From assembly GCA_034439895.1 (NCBI GenBank), contig JAWXBF010000013.1:1888-65887 (forward strand): a stretch of DNA of 64,000 nt, given 5' to 3'. This document shows positions 48,308 through 58,095 of this stretch, one piece after another (position 1 is the first letter of the stretch; each line of letters opens with the position of its first letter). Source of the stretch: Deltaproteobacteria bacterium (GTDB lineage: Bacteria; Myxococcota_A; Polyangia; Fen-1088). Position numbers and translations under genes: made by a program. The notes under the pieces are model-generated. The model worked only from the letters and a program-made list of their open reading frames with translations. It ran no database searches and was not told the DNA's origin.

Positions 48308-50017
48308 TTAGAGTTTCATGTTGTTGCGGCGCGTGCGACGGATCCGCCAGCGCACCACCCCAAACATACAAAAGGCGAAGGGAAGCCCCACGACGTTTCC
48401 CCAACGCATGACGTCGGCTGACATTTCCCCCTCGAAGGTGATGGGGCGTGCGCTCATGGTCTTGTTGCGCAGCGGCGTGAGGGTCTCATCCTCGACCACC
48501 CATCGAACTGCGCCGAGCGCGAGGATGGCACCGTTCTGGTACAGCTGAAACAACGGATGGCGAGACATGCCGACGAACTCGTCGTTCGTGAAGTCCGAGT
48601 CGCCCATGACCAGCAGTCGAACGGGCTTCGCCGACTCACCGGCAGGAGGCGGTACGGCATCGTTCAACGTGGGTGGCGGTGCAGCACCTGCGAATGCGCT
48701 CTTGAGTTTGCCCTGGTACGCATAGCCGTAAGCAAAGGGACCACGCTCGTTGGAGGGCTTGTACTCTTCGGTTGGGTTAAGAATGAAAAAACCCGTGTGT
48801 CGCCAGGCTTCCGGCGTTGAGGCCGCGATTCGCCACAACTTGGCACCGGCAGGTGTGCCATTCTTCAGGTTGCCGACAAGTTCCACCGAGCTAGAAAAGG
48901 GGAACACCACGCCGCGGAGACCGTTCAAGAAAGACAGCTCGGATTTCTCTTCAAGCTGTGCAAATGCAAACGGCGGAGCCTGCAACATCATCATCTGACC
49001 GTTCATCGGCACCGCACCCATCGCGACCGACTCAGGCTCGAAGATAAAATCCTCGTGGACCTTGAAGCCGTAGCCTTCAAGCAGCGGACCCATGCCGTGT
49101 TGATTCGCCTGGCCCATCTTGATCTGCGGCTGATTCGGCATCTGCATGCCGCCCATGTTGGGGCTTGTCATCGCCATGCCATCGACCAGCAAGATGGCGC
49201 CTTTGCCCGACATGATGAAGCGATCGATCTCGCGCAGGGCCTTTTCATCCAACGCTTGCTTGGGACCACCCACAAAAAGAGCGTCGATGTCCGCTCCAAT
49301 TTGCGCATTCGACAGATCAACGCTCGAGGTCTCGAACTCGGCATCCAAAACTTGTTTGAGTGCCTGAAGACCAGCGTTGGGCTCGATCTCGCCATGACCC
49401 GTGGCGAAGGCGACCTTCTTCTTTCCCTGCGTTAGCTTCTTGATGAGAGACGTGATCTGGTATTCAAGACCTTCGGCCTGTGCAACCTGAGGGATCGCTT
49501 CTTTCTTGTCGTTGAATTCGAGACACATGCCGAGGTAGTAGGTGCCCACCTCAAACTTACCTTCGCGCATGACCTGAATCTGCATCGGTTGCACCTGGCA
49601 GTCCGAGGCGACCTGCTTCTTCTCTTCGTCAGTTGCCGGATCGATCGCTTCCCAGCGGAACTTGTTGCTGGCCGTGGCGTACTCCGAGATCGTGTCGCGC
49701 AGGTAGCGTCCAACGGTCTTGAGTTCCGGCGGCAGATCCTCGGAGATGAACACCTTGACGTTCATGTAGTCGGGCAACGCCTTCACGAGCGCGCGCGACT
49801 CGTTGGAGATCGTGTACACCTTGGCGTCGGTCAGGTCGATTCGACCAAAGAGTCGGGTCGAGATCAGGTTGACGGCAACGATGCCACCCACAATGAAGAG
49901 GGTGTACAGGATGGCGTTCCCGGCATGGGCGGCCTTCTTGGGCGTAACCGCGGAAACAACGGGCGCCGTTTCTTTGGGTGTGTTTTCGCTTTCGTTGGAC
50001 ATGGCGTCTACTTCCAC
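48308..50017 (-). CDS. GldG-like ABC-transporter auxiliary component (ABC-type uncharacterized transport system)
   Basis: N-terminal TM. Large periplasmic domain. C-terminal TM helix (VVGLPFAFCMFGVVRW). Overlaps the upstream permease gene by 10 nt. Confidence 0.6.
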   Translation of the reverse strand: MEVDAMSNESENTPKETAPVVSAVTPKKAAHAGNAILYTLFIVGGIVAVNLISTRLFGRIDLTDAKVYTISNESRALVKALPDYMNVKVFISEDLPPELKTVGRYLRDTISEYATASNKFRWEAIDPATDEEKKQVASDCQVQPMQIQVMREGKFEVGTYYLGMCLEFNDKKEAIPQVAQAEGLEYQITSLIKKLTQGKKKVAFATGHGEIEPNAGLQALKQVLDAEFETSSVDLSNAQIGADIDALFVGGPKQALDEKALREIDRFIMSGKGAILLVDGMAMTSPNMGGMQMPNQPQIKMGQANQHGMGPLLEGYGFKVHEDFIFEPESVAMGAVPMNGQMMMLQAPPFAFAQLEEKSELSFLNGLRGVVFPFSSSVELVGNLKNGTPAGAKLWRIAASTPEAWRHTGFFILNPTEEYKPSNERGPFAYGYAYQGKLKSAFAGAAPPPTLNDAVPPPAGESAKPVRLLVMGDSDFTNDEFVGMSRHPLFQLYQNGAILALGAVRWVVEDETLTPLRNKTMSARPITFEGEMSADVMRWGNVVGLPFAFCMFGVVRWRIRRTRRNNMKL

Positions 50018-50718
50018 TTCCGGGATTCAAGAGAGACGGTTGCGATCATCAAGCACGCGGCGATGACCGAGACGTAATACAGAACGTCGCGAGAGTCGAT
50101 GACCCCGCGTGCGATCGAGTTAAAGTGATCATCGATGGACAGGAAGGACATCAACGGTTGCAAGGCAACGGGCGCCATCGGTACCACGCGGCCGCAAAGG
50201 TAAAGCGCGAACGAGATCGCAAAGGCGAGGATGAACGCCACGATCTGATTCTTTGTGAGCGCCGATGACATGACGCCTATCGCAGCGAAGGCTCCGCCCA
50301 TCAGCAGCAGGCCGAAATAACCGCCATACGTGGCACCCTTGTCGAGGTCGCCAACCGAATCGATCGAGAACGCATAGACCAGTGTCGTCCCCACCATGGC
50401 GCCTATCAAAGTGAGGGCGGCGAGGTACTTCCCAACCACCACTTCCCAGTCGCGAACGGGCAGGGTGATGAGAAGTTCCAGTGAGCCACTGCTCTTTTCT
50501 TCCGCCAGAAGGCGCATCGTGATGGCCGGAATGAAGAAGCAAAAGAGGATCGGCGTGAGCTGAAAGTACGCCCGCATTTCAGCCTGTTTTTCGACCATCA
50601 AGCCACTGAAAAATAACCAGCCCGCGAGCAACAGGTAAGCGGTCACCACGATGTAGGCGACGGGTGAATTGAAGTAGGTCCGAATTTCGCGCTTGGAAAT
50701 GGCCAGTGCTGCGCTCAT
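50008..50718 (-). CDS. ABC-2 family transporter permease (GldF-like)
   Basis: MSAALAISKREIRTYFNSPVAYIVVTAYLLLAGWLFF. Six predicted TM helices. Confidence 0.7.
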   Translation of the reverse strand: MSAALAISKREIRTYFNSPVAYIVVTAYLLLAGWLFFSGLMVEKQAEMRAYFQLTPILFCFFIPAITMRLLAEEKSSGSLELLITLPVRDWEVVVGKYLAALTLIGAMVGTTLVYAFSIDSVGDLDKGATYGGYFGLLLMGGAFAAIGVMSSALTKNQIVAFILAFAISFALYLCGRVVPMAPVALQPLMSFLSIDDHFNSIARGVIDSRDVLYYVSVIAACLMIATVSLESRKWK

Positions 50719-50732
50719 GTGAAATCTCCGTC

Positions 50733-51722
50733 TCAGGCGTCTTGCGAGGGGTTGGTTGCACCAGCGGACGCAACGTCGCCGGTGGTCAGGTGGCGGAAGA
50801 CATCTTCCAGACTTGCAGCCTGTCGAGCGAGCTCGAGCAGCGGCCACTTGTTGTCGACGGCGGCGCGGTAGATCTCCTTACGCAGATCATCCTTGCCACG
50901 GCCGTCAATGGCGAATTCCAGCGAGCCATCTTCTGCCTCGCCGGGAAGGCACTCGGAAACACCGGTCATCGTGAGGATGCGCTGGCGAATCGCTTCTGCC
51001 GGCGTGCCGTTCTTCTCCACAACCAGTCGGTAACGTGCGCCTTTTTCGCGGGCGCGCAGCGAATCGGGCGTTCCGTCCGCCACCAGTTTGCCGCCCGAGA
51101 TAATGAGCACGCGGCTGCAGGTGGCCTGCACCTCGGGCAAAATGTGGGTCGACAAGATGACGGTCTTTTCCTTGCCGAGATCTTTGATGAGTTTGCGAAT
51201 CTCGACGATCTGATTTGGGTCGAGGCCGCTGGTCGGTTCGTCGAGGATCAGGATATCGGGATCGTGCAACATGGCCTGGGCGAGTCCGAGTCGCTGCCGA
51301 TAGCCGCGAGACAACTCGCCGACCAGCTTGCCTGCAACACCCTGCAGACCACACTTTTCCCCGACAATCTTGATGCGCTCGGCACGTAGAGCCGACGACA
51401 TGCGCCGCATCTCGCCCACGAAGTTTAAGTACTCGCGCACCGACATGTCCCGGTAAATGGGCGTGTCTTCGGGCAAGTAACCGATGCGTCTGCGCACTTC
51501 AAGTGAGTCCTCGTAGACATCGTGGCCCGCCACTTCTGCGCGGCCTGCGGTGGGCGCGAGGAAGCACGTGAGCATTTTCATCGTGGTCGATTTGCCAGCA
51601 CCGTTGGGTCCCAGAAATCCAAGCACTTCGCCCTTGTGTACGTTGAACGTGACGCCCTGGACGGCTTTGAACTGACCGTACTGCTTGGTCAGGTTCTCGA
51701 CGCGAATCATGACCTCTGACAT
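50733..51722 (-). CDS. ABC transporter ATP-binding protein (GldA-like)
   Basis: Walker A GFLGPNGAGKSTTMKML. ABC signature LSRGYRQRLGLAQAM. Walker B ILILDEPTSGLD. GAGGA RBS before ATG (cat at 51720-51722). Confidence 0.9.
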   Translation of the reverse strand: MSEVMIRVENLTKQYGQFKAVQGVTFNVHKGEVLGFLGPNGAGKSTTMKMLTCFLAPTAGRAEVAGHDVYEDSLEVRRRIGYLPEDTPIYRDMSVREYLNFVGEMRRMSSALRAERIKIVGEKCGLQGVAGKLVGELSRGYRQRLGLAQAMLHDPDILILDEPTSGLDPNQIVEIRKLIKDLGKEKTVILSTHILPEVQATCSRVLIISGGKLVADGTPDSLRAREKGARYRLVVEKNGTPAEAIRQRILTMTGVSECLPGEAEDGSLEFAIDGRGKDDLRKEIYRAAVDNKWPLLELARQAASLEDVFRHLTTGDVASAGATNPSQDA

Positions 51723-51907
51723 CGAAATTTCCTCATGGATTGGCGGAGTTGTGGTGGTGGTGGATTTGACGGGCAGCCCCAGAACGGGGTTCGGACAGGC
51801 TTTATTCCCATTTCCAACAAATTGTTGGGCAGAAAGCGGGATCAGTGAGTATTGCGCCTGGCCCGGAGTGTCAAGTCCCGCGCGATGACGCAAAGCAACT
51901 TGTCCGA

Positions 51908-54304
51908 CTATTCAAGGACGGGCGGATCGATCGGAACAATGATTCCGCAGTCCGCATCGAAGAGATTCGCCTTGGCAAGGCAGCTCGAGGGACAGCAACC
52001 ATCGGAAACCGCAGAACAGGTCGTGACAGGCTCCTGCGCACAACGAGCCGTACATTTGGTGGGATCGCCGAGCAACACCGCTTTGGTGCAGGCATCGGCG
52101 TCGTTGCTGCACTGGGTGGGGCAGCTTGAGGGTGGATCGCAGGTCTCGCCGGTTTCCCGAATGCCGTTGCCGCAAACCGCAGCACAATCCGAATCGGTCG
52201 CCGCGCCACACGCCGAAGGACAGCAGCCGTCTCCGGGTGCACAGGCCGTGATGTTCGTGAACGCGCACACCCGCGTGCAATCATCGTTGTTGCCGGAAAC
52301 GACATCCTGGGTGCAGGCGTTGTTGTCGTTGCAGGTCGCCGGACATGCCCCGGGGTTGCCAGCCGTGATCGCGCGGTCGCATTTCTCTGGAGATTCGACC
52401 ACCCGATTGCCGCATACCGGGGCGCAGTCATTGTCATTGCTGGCGTTGCAGCCGACGGGACAACAACCATCTCCGCCCGTGCAGGTGTTGGTCTGTCGCA
52501 GCGCACATTCAGCGGTGCAAAGTGCCGAAGAGCCCTGCAGCTCGAAGCGCGAGCATCCCTCGGCCATGGGGCACGCCGTGGGGCAGGCACCGGGCATTCC
52601 CGCAGCGATGGCCTTGTCACACCGCTCGGTGCCACCTTCGTATACTGCGTTTCCACACGAAGGTTCACAATCACCATCGTTGTTCGCATTTCCGCCGGGC
52701 GGGCAACACTTGTCGCCATCGGTAAACGAAGTCGTCGACTCAAATACGCAGCGTGCGCTGCACGTACCCGCGGACAGCAAGGTGTCGCGGGTACAGGGAT
52801 CGTTGTCGTTGCAGGCGACGGAACAGCGGTCACCTGCGGGTGTCTGCGCGCCCGTATCACAGGTTTCGTTGTTGTCTTTCACGTTGTCGCCACAGGTTGC
52901 GGAACAATCAGAGTCGGTCACGGACGTGCAACCCGTGGGGCAACAGGCATCATTGGTCTTGCACGTTTGAACAGTCGTTGTCTCACAACGGGCAGAGCAA
53001 TCACCAGCGCTGCCCTGTAGCGAGCGCTGGAGGCAGCCCTCGGACGCACAACTGACGGGACAAGAACCGGGTGTGCCGGCGGGTATCGCCTTGTCGCATG
53101 ATTCACCCGTTTCGACGACGCCGTTACCGCACACTTTCGGGCAATCGGAATCCACGAAGGCGTTGGCGCCTGGGAGGCAGCAACCGTCGCCACCCTGCAG
53201 CGCGGTGATGGGGGTGCTCTTGCACTCGGCATTGCAAGCGTTTCCCGTCAGTATATCGGTCGTACAGGCCTTGCCATCATCACAGCCCATCGGACAGGCG
53301 CCCGCTGACTTGGGTGACAGACCCGTATCACATTTTTCCAGGTCTTCGAGTTCGCCGTTGCCGCAAACCACAAGACAGTCCGAATCGCTGCTATGGCTTG
53401 CACCCGCCGGACAACAACCGTCGCCGGCAATCCGGGACCGTACCTCGCGGTTCACACAACGGGCTGAACAGGTATTGGCCGAGAGCAAGATATCCGTGCT
53501 GCAGGCATTGTTATCCTGGCAATCGGACGCTGTCGGGCAAGCACCGGGTTGTCCCCGCACGATCGCGCGGTCACACGTTTCGCCGGCTTCGATGGTCCCG
53601 TTGCCGCAGCTTGCGGAGCAATCGCGATCGGTTTCGTTCGTGCCGTCGGAGGGGCAACAGCCATCCCCCGCCGCGAAGGTTCGCACCTCGGTGTATTGGC
53701 ATTCAAGCGTACAGTCCTTGCCCGCGGGGGCGTCCGCGGTACAGGCAATCGCATCGTTGCACGCGCTCTGTGGGCAGGCGAACGGTGCTCCGGACTCGTT
53801 CTTGGTGTCACACGTTTCGCCCGGATCCAGTTTGCCGTTCCCACAGCGCGCACCTGGAAAAGGCACGCCACCGTCGTCCTGTCCCGCGCCGCCATCGCCA
53901 CCCAGCGGGGCTGCGGGGCAGGGGCCAGAGCAGAAAAGGCGAATCATCACGTCTTTGCGTATCCCTTCCTCAAGGGCAAACGACTCTTCGCCAAGCGCCA
54001 GTGCAGTGCCGGAAACTGCCAACCCCTGAACGGCTATCATCACCTGGCCCGTCAGCGAAGGCGGCAAAGCGATCGAAAAATCGGTCGGGAATGACAGGGA
54101 TCCCTCCGCCTTGAAATCGTGGCGGGCGGCAAAGCTTCCGACGCGCAAATCGGTACGAAGCGTGGTGATATGGCCTGCAAGGCGCACATCGCCGAGATCG
54201 ACATTGACGATAAGCGAGGTGTCGTTCGATCGATTGCAGCCAGCGATGGCGAGCCACGTTCCAACCAAGATCGTGAGGGCTTTGCCGCTAGTCAACTCGA
54301 ACAT
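51908..54304 (-). CDS. Large lipoprotein composed of ~9 'Myxococcus cysteine-rich repeats'
   Basis: Lipobox LAIAGC. N-terminal beta-rich domain. Then repeated ~60-aa units CGNGxxExGExCD...C...AC...C...C.C......GDGCCP.....DSDC. Typical Myxococcota disulfide-rich repeat. 17-nt overlap with the upstream gene. Confidence 0.6.
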   Translation of the reverse strand: MFELTSGKALTILVGTWLAIAGCNRSNDTSLIVNVDLGDVRLAGHITTLRTDLRVGSFAARHDFKAEGSLSFPTDFSIALPPSLTGQVMIAVQGLAVSGTALALGEESFALEEGIRKDVMIRLFCSGPCPAAPLGGDGGAGQDDGGVPFPGARCGNGKLDPGETCDTKNESGAPFACPQSACNDAIACTADAPAGKDCTLECQYTEVRTFAAGDGCCPSDGTNETDRDCSASCGNGTIEAGETCDRAIVRGQPGACPTASDCQDNNACSTDILLSANTCSARCVNREVRSRIAGDGCCPAGASHSSDSDCLVVCGNGELEDLEKCDTGLSPKSAGACPMGCDDGKACTTDILTGNACNAECKSTPITALQGGDGCCLPGANAFVDSDCPKVCGNGVVETGESCDKAIPAGTPGSCPVSCASEGCLQRSLQGSAGDCSARCETTTVQTCKTNDACCPTGCTSVTDSDCSATCGDNVKDNNETCDTGAQTPAGDRCSVACNDNDPCTRDTLLSAGTCSARCVFESTTSFTDGDKCCPPGGNANNDGDCEPSCGNAVYEGGTERCDKAIAAGMPGACPTACPMAEGCSRFELQGSSALCTAECALRQTNTCTGGDGCCPVGCNASNDNDCAPVCGNRVVESPEKCDRAITAGNPGACPATCNDNNACTQDVVSGNNDDCTRVCAFTNITACAPGDGCCPSACGAATDSDCAAVCGNGIRETGETCDPPSSCPTQCSNDADACTKAVLLGDPTKCTARCAQEPVTTCSAVSDGCCPSSCLAKANLFDADCGIIVPIDPPVLE

Positions 54305-54968
54305 CCCAGTTGCCAAGGGTTGTTTTGGGAACATCATTGTCTTCGGCCGAAAGCGCCAGCACAAGGGCCGCGCCTCCGACCACAACCACCGCCCCAACTG
54401 CAGACCAGAACCACCAGGTGTGTACCACGCTTTGATCGTTCGCCACGGACTCCTGAGGCTCGACAAGCAACGCCTCGGGTTGATTCGCCGGTTGTGGTAC
54501 GGAAGGCGGCATTGCAATGGGATCCGCTTCGGCACGGGCGGCCGGGGTGGCTTTGATCTGCTTCTCCAGTTCGTCGATGCGGGTCTGCACGTCGTTTCTG
54601 TGCGGGCTTTCCGGCGCGGTCGACAAATATCGACGGTAGAAGAACAGGGCGCGCTCAGCATGGCCAAGTTGCCGGTACGACTGCGCGATGTTGAAGAGGA
54701 ACACCGGGTCGTTCTTCAGTTCGTAAGCCTTGCGGTACTCCCCGATGGCGTCCTCGAATCGACCCAGGTTGTAATGGGTTGTGCCAGCTTGAAAATGCCC
54801 CTTCGATTCGGTGGTCGCCACATCGTCGTTACCGTTGTCGTTGCCGTTGTCGTTACCCCCATCCGCCTGTGCGAAAGAAACCGGGATCAAAGTCGCAACG
54901 AACAGCACCACCAAACGCAACACGTTCAGGCATCGAGACAGTGCGATTGATGGCAAAGGAAACAACAA
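54288..54968 (-). CDS. Membrane-anchored TPR-like protein with (GND)n tract
   Basis: Signal peptide. GGNDNGNDNGNDD tract encoded by 9-bp tandem repeats. TPR pair (YNLGRFEDAIGEYRKAYELKNDPVFLFNIAQSYRQLGHAERALFFYRRYL). Pro-rich linker. C-terminal TM helix. Confidence 0.45.
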   Translation of the reverse strand: MLFPLPSIALSRCLNVLRLVVLFVATLIPVSFAQADGGNDNGNDNGNDDVATTESKGHFQAGTTHYNLGRFEDAIGEYRKAYELKNDPVFLFNIAQSYRQLGHAERALFFYRRYLSTAPESPHRNDVQTRIDELEKQIKATPAARAEADPIAMPPSVPQPANQPEALLVEPQESVANDQSVVHTWWFWSAVGAVVVVGGAALVLALSAEDNDVPKTTLGNWDVRVD

Positions 54969-55078
54969 TAAGCTCAGGGGAAGTTAAAACTACCCGTTCA
55001 TCATGAGCGGCCTGGATCGGGCTGTCAAACCAGCCGCGTCCGGTGTGACACGGCTGTCATAGCGCAGCCTTTCGAGGA

Positions 55079-56818
55079 CTAGTCCAGCGGTGGCTTGCGG
55101 AGTTTTACAGCCTGGAAAAGCAGACCGTCGCGTGCCTCGATTGCCTGTGCCCATCGGCTAACCACGTTCGCCGCGGCGGGACTCAAGGGCCGTCCCTGCA
55201 ACCTCGACCGAACATGGTCGACAATGCGATCTTTGAGATCGGCCTCGGTTCCAAGTTGAGTCAACTCGCCCCGCGAGAGTCCCCGCAATGGCGGACAGGC
55301 CTTGTCCATCACACGCAAGGCCAAGACCGTTCGCGCGACCACGCCTACGTCGACGCCGGTCTCAAGCTCGGTTTCAAGATCAGCGGCGAGCACCATCGTC
55401 TCATCGCCCAGGTTGGCGATGTCTTCGGGCCGAATGCCGAGCACCGCCAAAAGCGCCATGCTGGTGGCTGCGCGCTCGATCGCAGCCGATGCGCGCGCGA
55501 TGTCGGCAAGCGAGGCAAAGGGTCTTGATTCATCCGTCGATGCGCCTTTGCTCGTGGGGTCGAGACGGGTGGGATAAACCGGTCGACGGCGGTTCAAGAA
55601 CGCCAACACCTCGGCATCGTCGGGCTCGAAAAATCCCATTGCCAAGACGCGGGTACCATCTGCGCGCAACGAGGCCCGGGACAACACCGCGAAGGGTTGT
55701 TCGCGCTTCAAGGTCGCAACAACCTCGCCAACCTTCGTGATCAACGTTGCACCGACGCGGAAGATCCGCAGAAGTCCGATGGTCTCAAGCGCCGAACACG
55801 CCTTGTCATCATTCGAGCCGGCGCAGATATGTTCAAGGCCAAGATCAAGGGTGGACCGCATGCGGGTCAAAGCATCGCGAATCGCATCCTCGTCCGTGGG
55901 ACGAATGCGCTCGGCCGCCAACACACGGTTCGACAGGAACACGATCTCGCCATGCAATTCGGCGAGCATCGCGGGATCTGTGATGAGGGCTGCGGCCCGG
56001 GTGAAAAGCGAATCGTCGGTGATTGCATCGACCAGCGCAAGGGGTCCTCGCAGCACATCGACTTTGTCGGCTTCGTCCGCAACGGTCGCCGAGTGTCGCT
56101 TGTCTCGTCCTTCGCCAATCTTCACCGAGTTGGGATCGATCGCGCGGTAGATTTCGAGCGCTTCGTAGTAATCCGCGAATCCAAGGTCTTGCATGCGGCC
56201 CGTACGCCAGCGCAAGGACATCTCTTCAAGTTCCGAATCCAGCTCGTCCGGAATGCCCACCATCAGCTGACGCGCCTGTTCCACGTCGGTTTCATAAAGC
56301 GACATGATGAGGCGCTGCGTGATACGTTGCTCTTCCTCGTCGCCGCGCAGATCCAGCTGGAACGAACCATCGGGCGTATTCCAGAATACGTTTTCAGGAT
56401 CTTCCGGCGGCATCTCGGTGATGGGGTTGTAGATGCGGGCCCGTTGCCGCAGCAGGAACGCCATCAACTCGATGTCGATGCCCATCAGCCATTCATAGAT
56501 GCGCTCCGAGGGGGCATCCACCATCGCGGCCAACCAAGCTTGGGCCGCGCGCGGTGAGATCTGATCGCGATCCCACAGGGCAAAATCAAGGGCAGTCTGG
56601 ACCTGCTCTGCCGAACCGTGGCGAAGAATCTCGATCGCATCGGGAAAGCCGCGCTCGGCAACGATATAAAAAAATTCGTCGCCGGGCAGAGCGCGAATGG
56701 CGGCCTCGGGATCGTCCGAGTCGAGCAATTCGTCGCCGCGTCGGGAACGTTTCATGCGCAGAAGCTGCGCGCGATACCGGGACAGGTTGACGATGTCCGC
56801 GCCTTCAGAACGCGTCAT
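55079..56818 (-). CDS. Hypothetical 579-aa protein, translationally coupled to the PP2C-cNMP phosphatase
   Basis: No recognisable catalytic motif. Acidic, mostly helical. Its ATG overlaps the phosphatase stop (ATGA at 56815-56818). Confidence 0.4.
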   Translation of the reverse strand: MTRSEGADIVNLSRYRAQLLRMKRSRRGDELLDSDDPEAAIRALPGDEFFYIVAERGFPDAIEILRHGSAEQVQTALDFALWDRDQISPRAAQAWLAAMVDAPSERIYEWLMGIDIELMAFLLRQRARIYNPITEMPPEDPENVFWNTPDGSFQLDLRGDEEEQRITQRLIMSLYETDVEQARQLMVGIPDELDSELEEMSLRWRTGRMQDLGFADYYEALEIYRAIDPNSVKIGEGRDKRHSATVADEADKVDVLRGPLALVDAITDDSLFTRAAALITDPAMLAELHGEIVFLSNRVLAAERIRPTDEDAIRDALTRMRSTLDLGLEHICAGSNDDKACSALETIGLLRIFRVGATLITKVGEVVATLKREQPFAVLSRASLRADGTRVLAMGFFEPDDAEVLAFLNRRRPVYPTRLDPTSKGASTDESRPFASLADIARASAAIERAATSMALLAVLGIRPEDIANLGDETMVLAADLETELETGVDVGVVARTVLALRVMDKACPPLRGLSRGELTQLGTEADLKDRIVDHVRSRLQGRPLSPAAANVVSRWAQAIEARDGLLFQAVKLRKPPLD

Positions 56819-58095
56819 TCGTCGAACAACACGTCAGAAGGTAGTTCAACGGCTCCAGCTTCCTGGCGTGCACCCGAGAGATCAGCGGTTGTCTTGCGCA
56901 ATCGATCCGCAAGCACCTGTACGAAGCTCCACAAGAGCTTGACGGCCAGGGGAGGATGCTTCCGGATGATCTCGTAGAAGTCCTTGCGGGACAGCACGAG
57001 GATACGCGATTTTTCTTCTGCGGTCGCACTGGCGGAACGCGGTGTGCGATCCACAAGCGCCATTTCACCGAGGTGTGCGCCGCTTTCGAGGTAGGTGATG
57101 AAGGTCTCATCCTTGTGCAGGCGAATCTTGCCGCGCAGGATGATGAACAGATCGTCTCCGGGATCGCCTTCTTGTAATACGATTTGACCGGGTTCATAGT
57201 CGACCGCGGTTGTCAGGTTCAACACCCGCATGACCTCGCGGTAGGTCAGGTAGCGGAACAGCGGCATGTGCCGCAAGACATCGATGCGTCGGTTGAGTTC
57301 TTCGCTGCGCTGCGATTGCGCGTCGTCGACATCGCGATGTACGCGCAACGAAATGGCGGTGATGTTGTCGTGCCCACCACCGGAATTGGCGAGGTCGATG
57401 AACTTCTGGGGCAAGCCCGTCACGTCATCTTCGGAGGCAAGAATCTCGAGCGTCTTGTCGTCATCGAGGTAGTGCGACAGGCCATCCGAACAAAGCAAAA
57501 ACTGATCGCCTGGCAGAATGTCGAAGTCGATGGTGTCGACCTGAACGCGCTCGTACACGCCAACGGCGCGGGTCACGGCATTCTTGAATGACGCGTAGGG
57601 TGAGGTCGCGAGGGTTTCCTTGGTGACTTTGCCGCGACGGATGAGCTCGTTGACGAGCGAATGGTCTTCGGTGAGCTGGACGACCTGATTCTTTCGAACG
57701 AGGTAAATGCGGCTGTCACCGACGTGTGCGATGAAGCCGCGGTCCTTGACGACGAGCAGGGCGGAGAGGGTGGTGCCCATGCCACGCTTGTCGGCCTCGT
57801 CCTGGCCTTTTTGGAAAACGGCGGTACAGGCGGCCAGAACGGCCTCCTCGAGAACGGTTAGAACGTCCTGTGTTTCGGCCTTGCCATTGGCGTAGGCCTC
57901 AATGGTGGGGCGATCTTCTTCCACGACGCGACGCATCTCGTGGACGGCGATATGCGAGGCGACCTCACCGGATGCGTGTCCACCCATGCCGTCGGCAACA
58001 ATAAACAGTCGGAGTTTCTTGTCGACGAGGAAGTTGTCCTCGTTGTGTTCGCGCTTCTTGCCAACGTCCGTGGCCGCCCAAAAGCTAAGTTCCAT
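56815..58095 (-). CDS. PP2C-family Ser/Thr phosphatase fused to a C-terminal cyclic-nucleotide-binding (cNMP/CAP-like) domain
   Basis: PP2C motifs FWAATDVGKKREHNEDNF, FIVADGMGGHASGEVAS, MGTTLSALLV, VGDSRIYLV, LLCSDGLS, GGHDNITAI. C-terminal cNMP domain FRYLTYREVMRVL...YEPGQIVLQEGDPGDDLFIILRGKIRL...GEMALVDRTPRSASATA. Start at MELSFW (cat at 58093-58095). Confidence 0.8.
   Translation of the reverse strand: MELSFWAATDVGKKREHNEDNFLVDKKLRLFIVADGMGGHASGEVASHIAVHEMRRVVEEDRPTIEAYANGKAETQDVLTVLEEAVLAACTAVFQKGQDEADKRGMGTTLSALLVVKDRGFIAHVGDSRIYLVRKNQVVQLTEDHSLVNELIRRGKVTKETLATSPYASFKNAVTRAVGVYERVQVDTIDFDILPGDQFLLCSDGLSHYLDDDKTLEILASEDDVTGLPQKFIDLANSGGGHDNITAISLRVHRDVDDAQSQRSEELNRRIDVLRHMPLFRYLTYREVMRVLNLTTAVDYEPGQIVLQEGDPGDDLFIILRGKIRLHKDETFITYLESGAHLGEMALVDRTPRSASATAEEKSRILVLSRKDFYEIIRKHPPLAVKLLWSFVQVLADRLRKTTADLSGARQEAGAVELPSDVLFDE

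Noticed and set aside
51852-52970. 372-aa ORF antisense to the cysteine-rich-repeat lipoprotein gene (also 51871..52860 on the minus strand in another frame)
   Set aside because: Generated by the periodic GC-rich repeat DNA. The translated product is low-complexity (Q/A/S/P-rich) with no start context. The sense-strand product has unmistakable repeat architecture.
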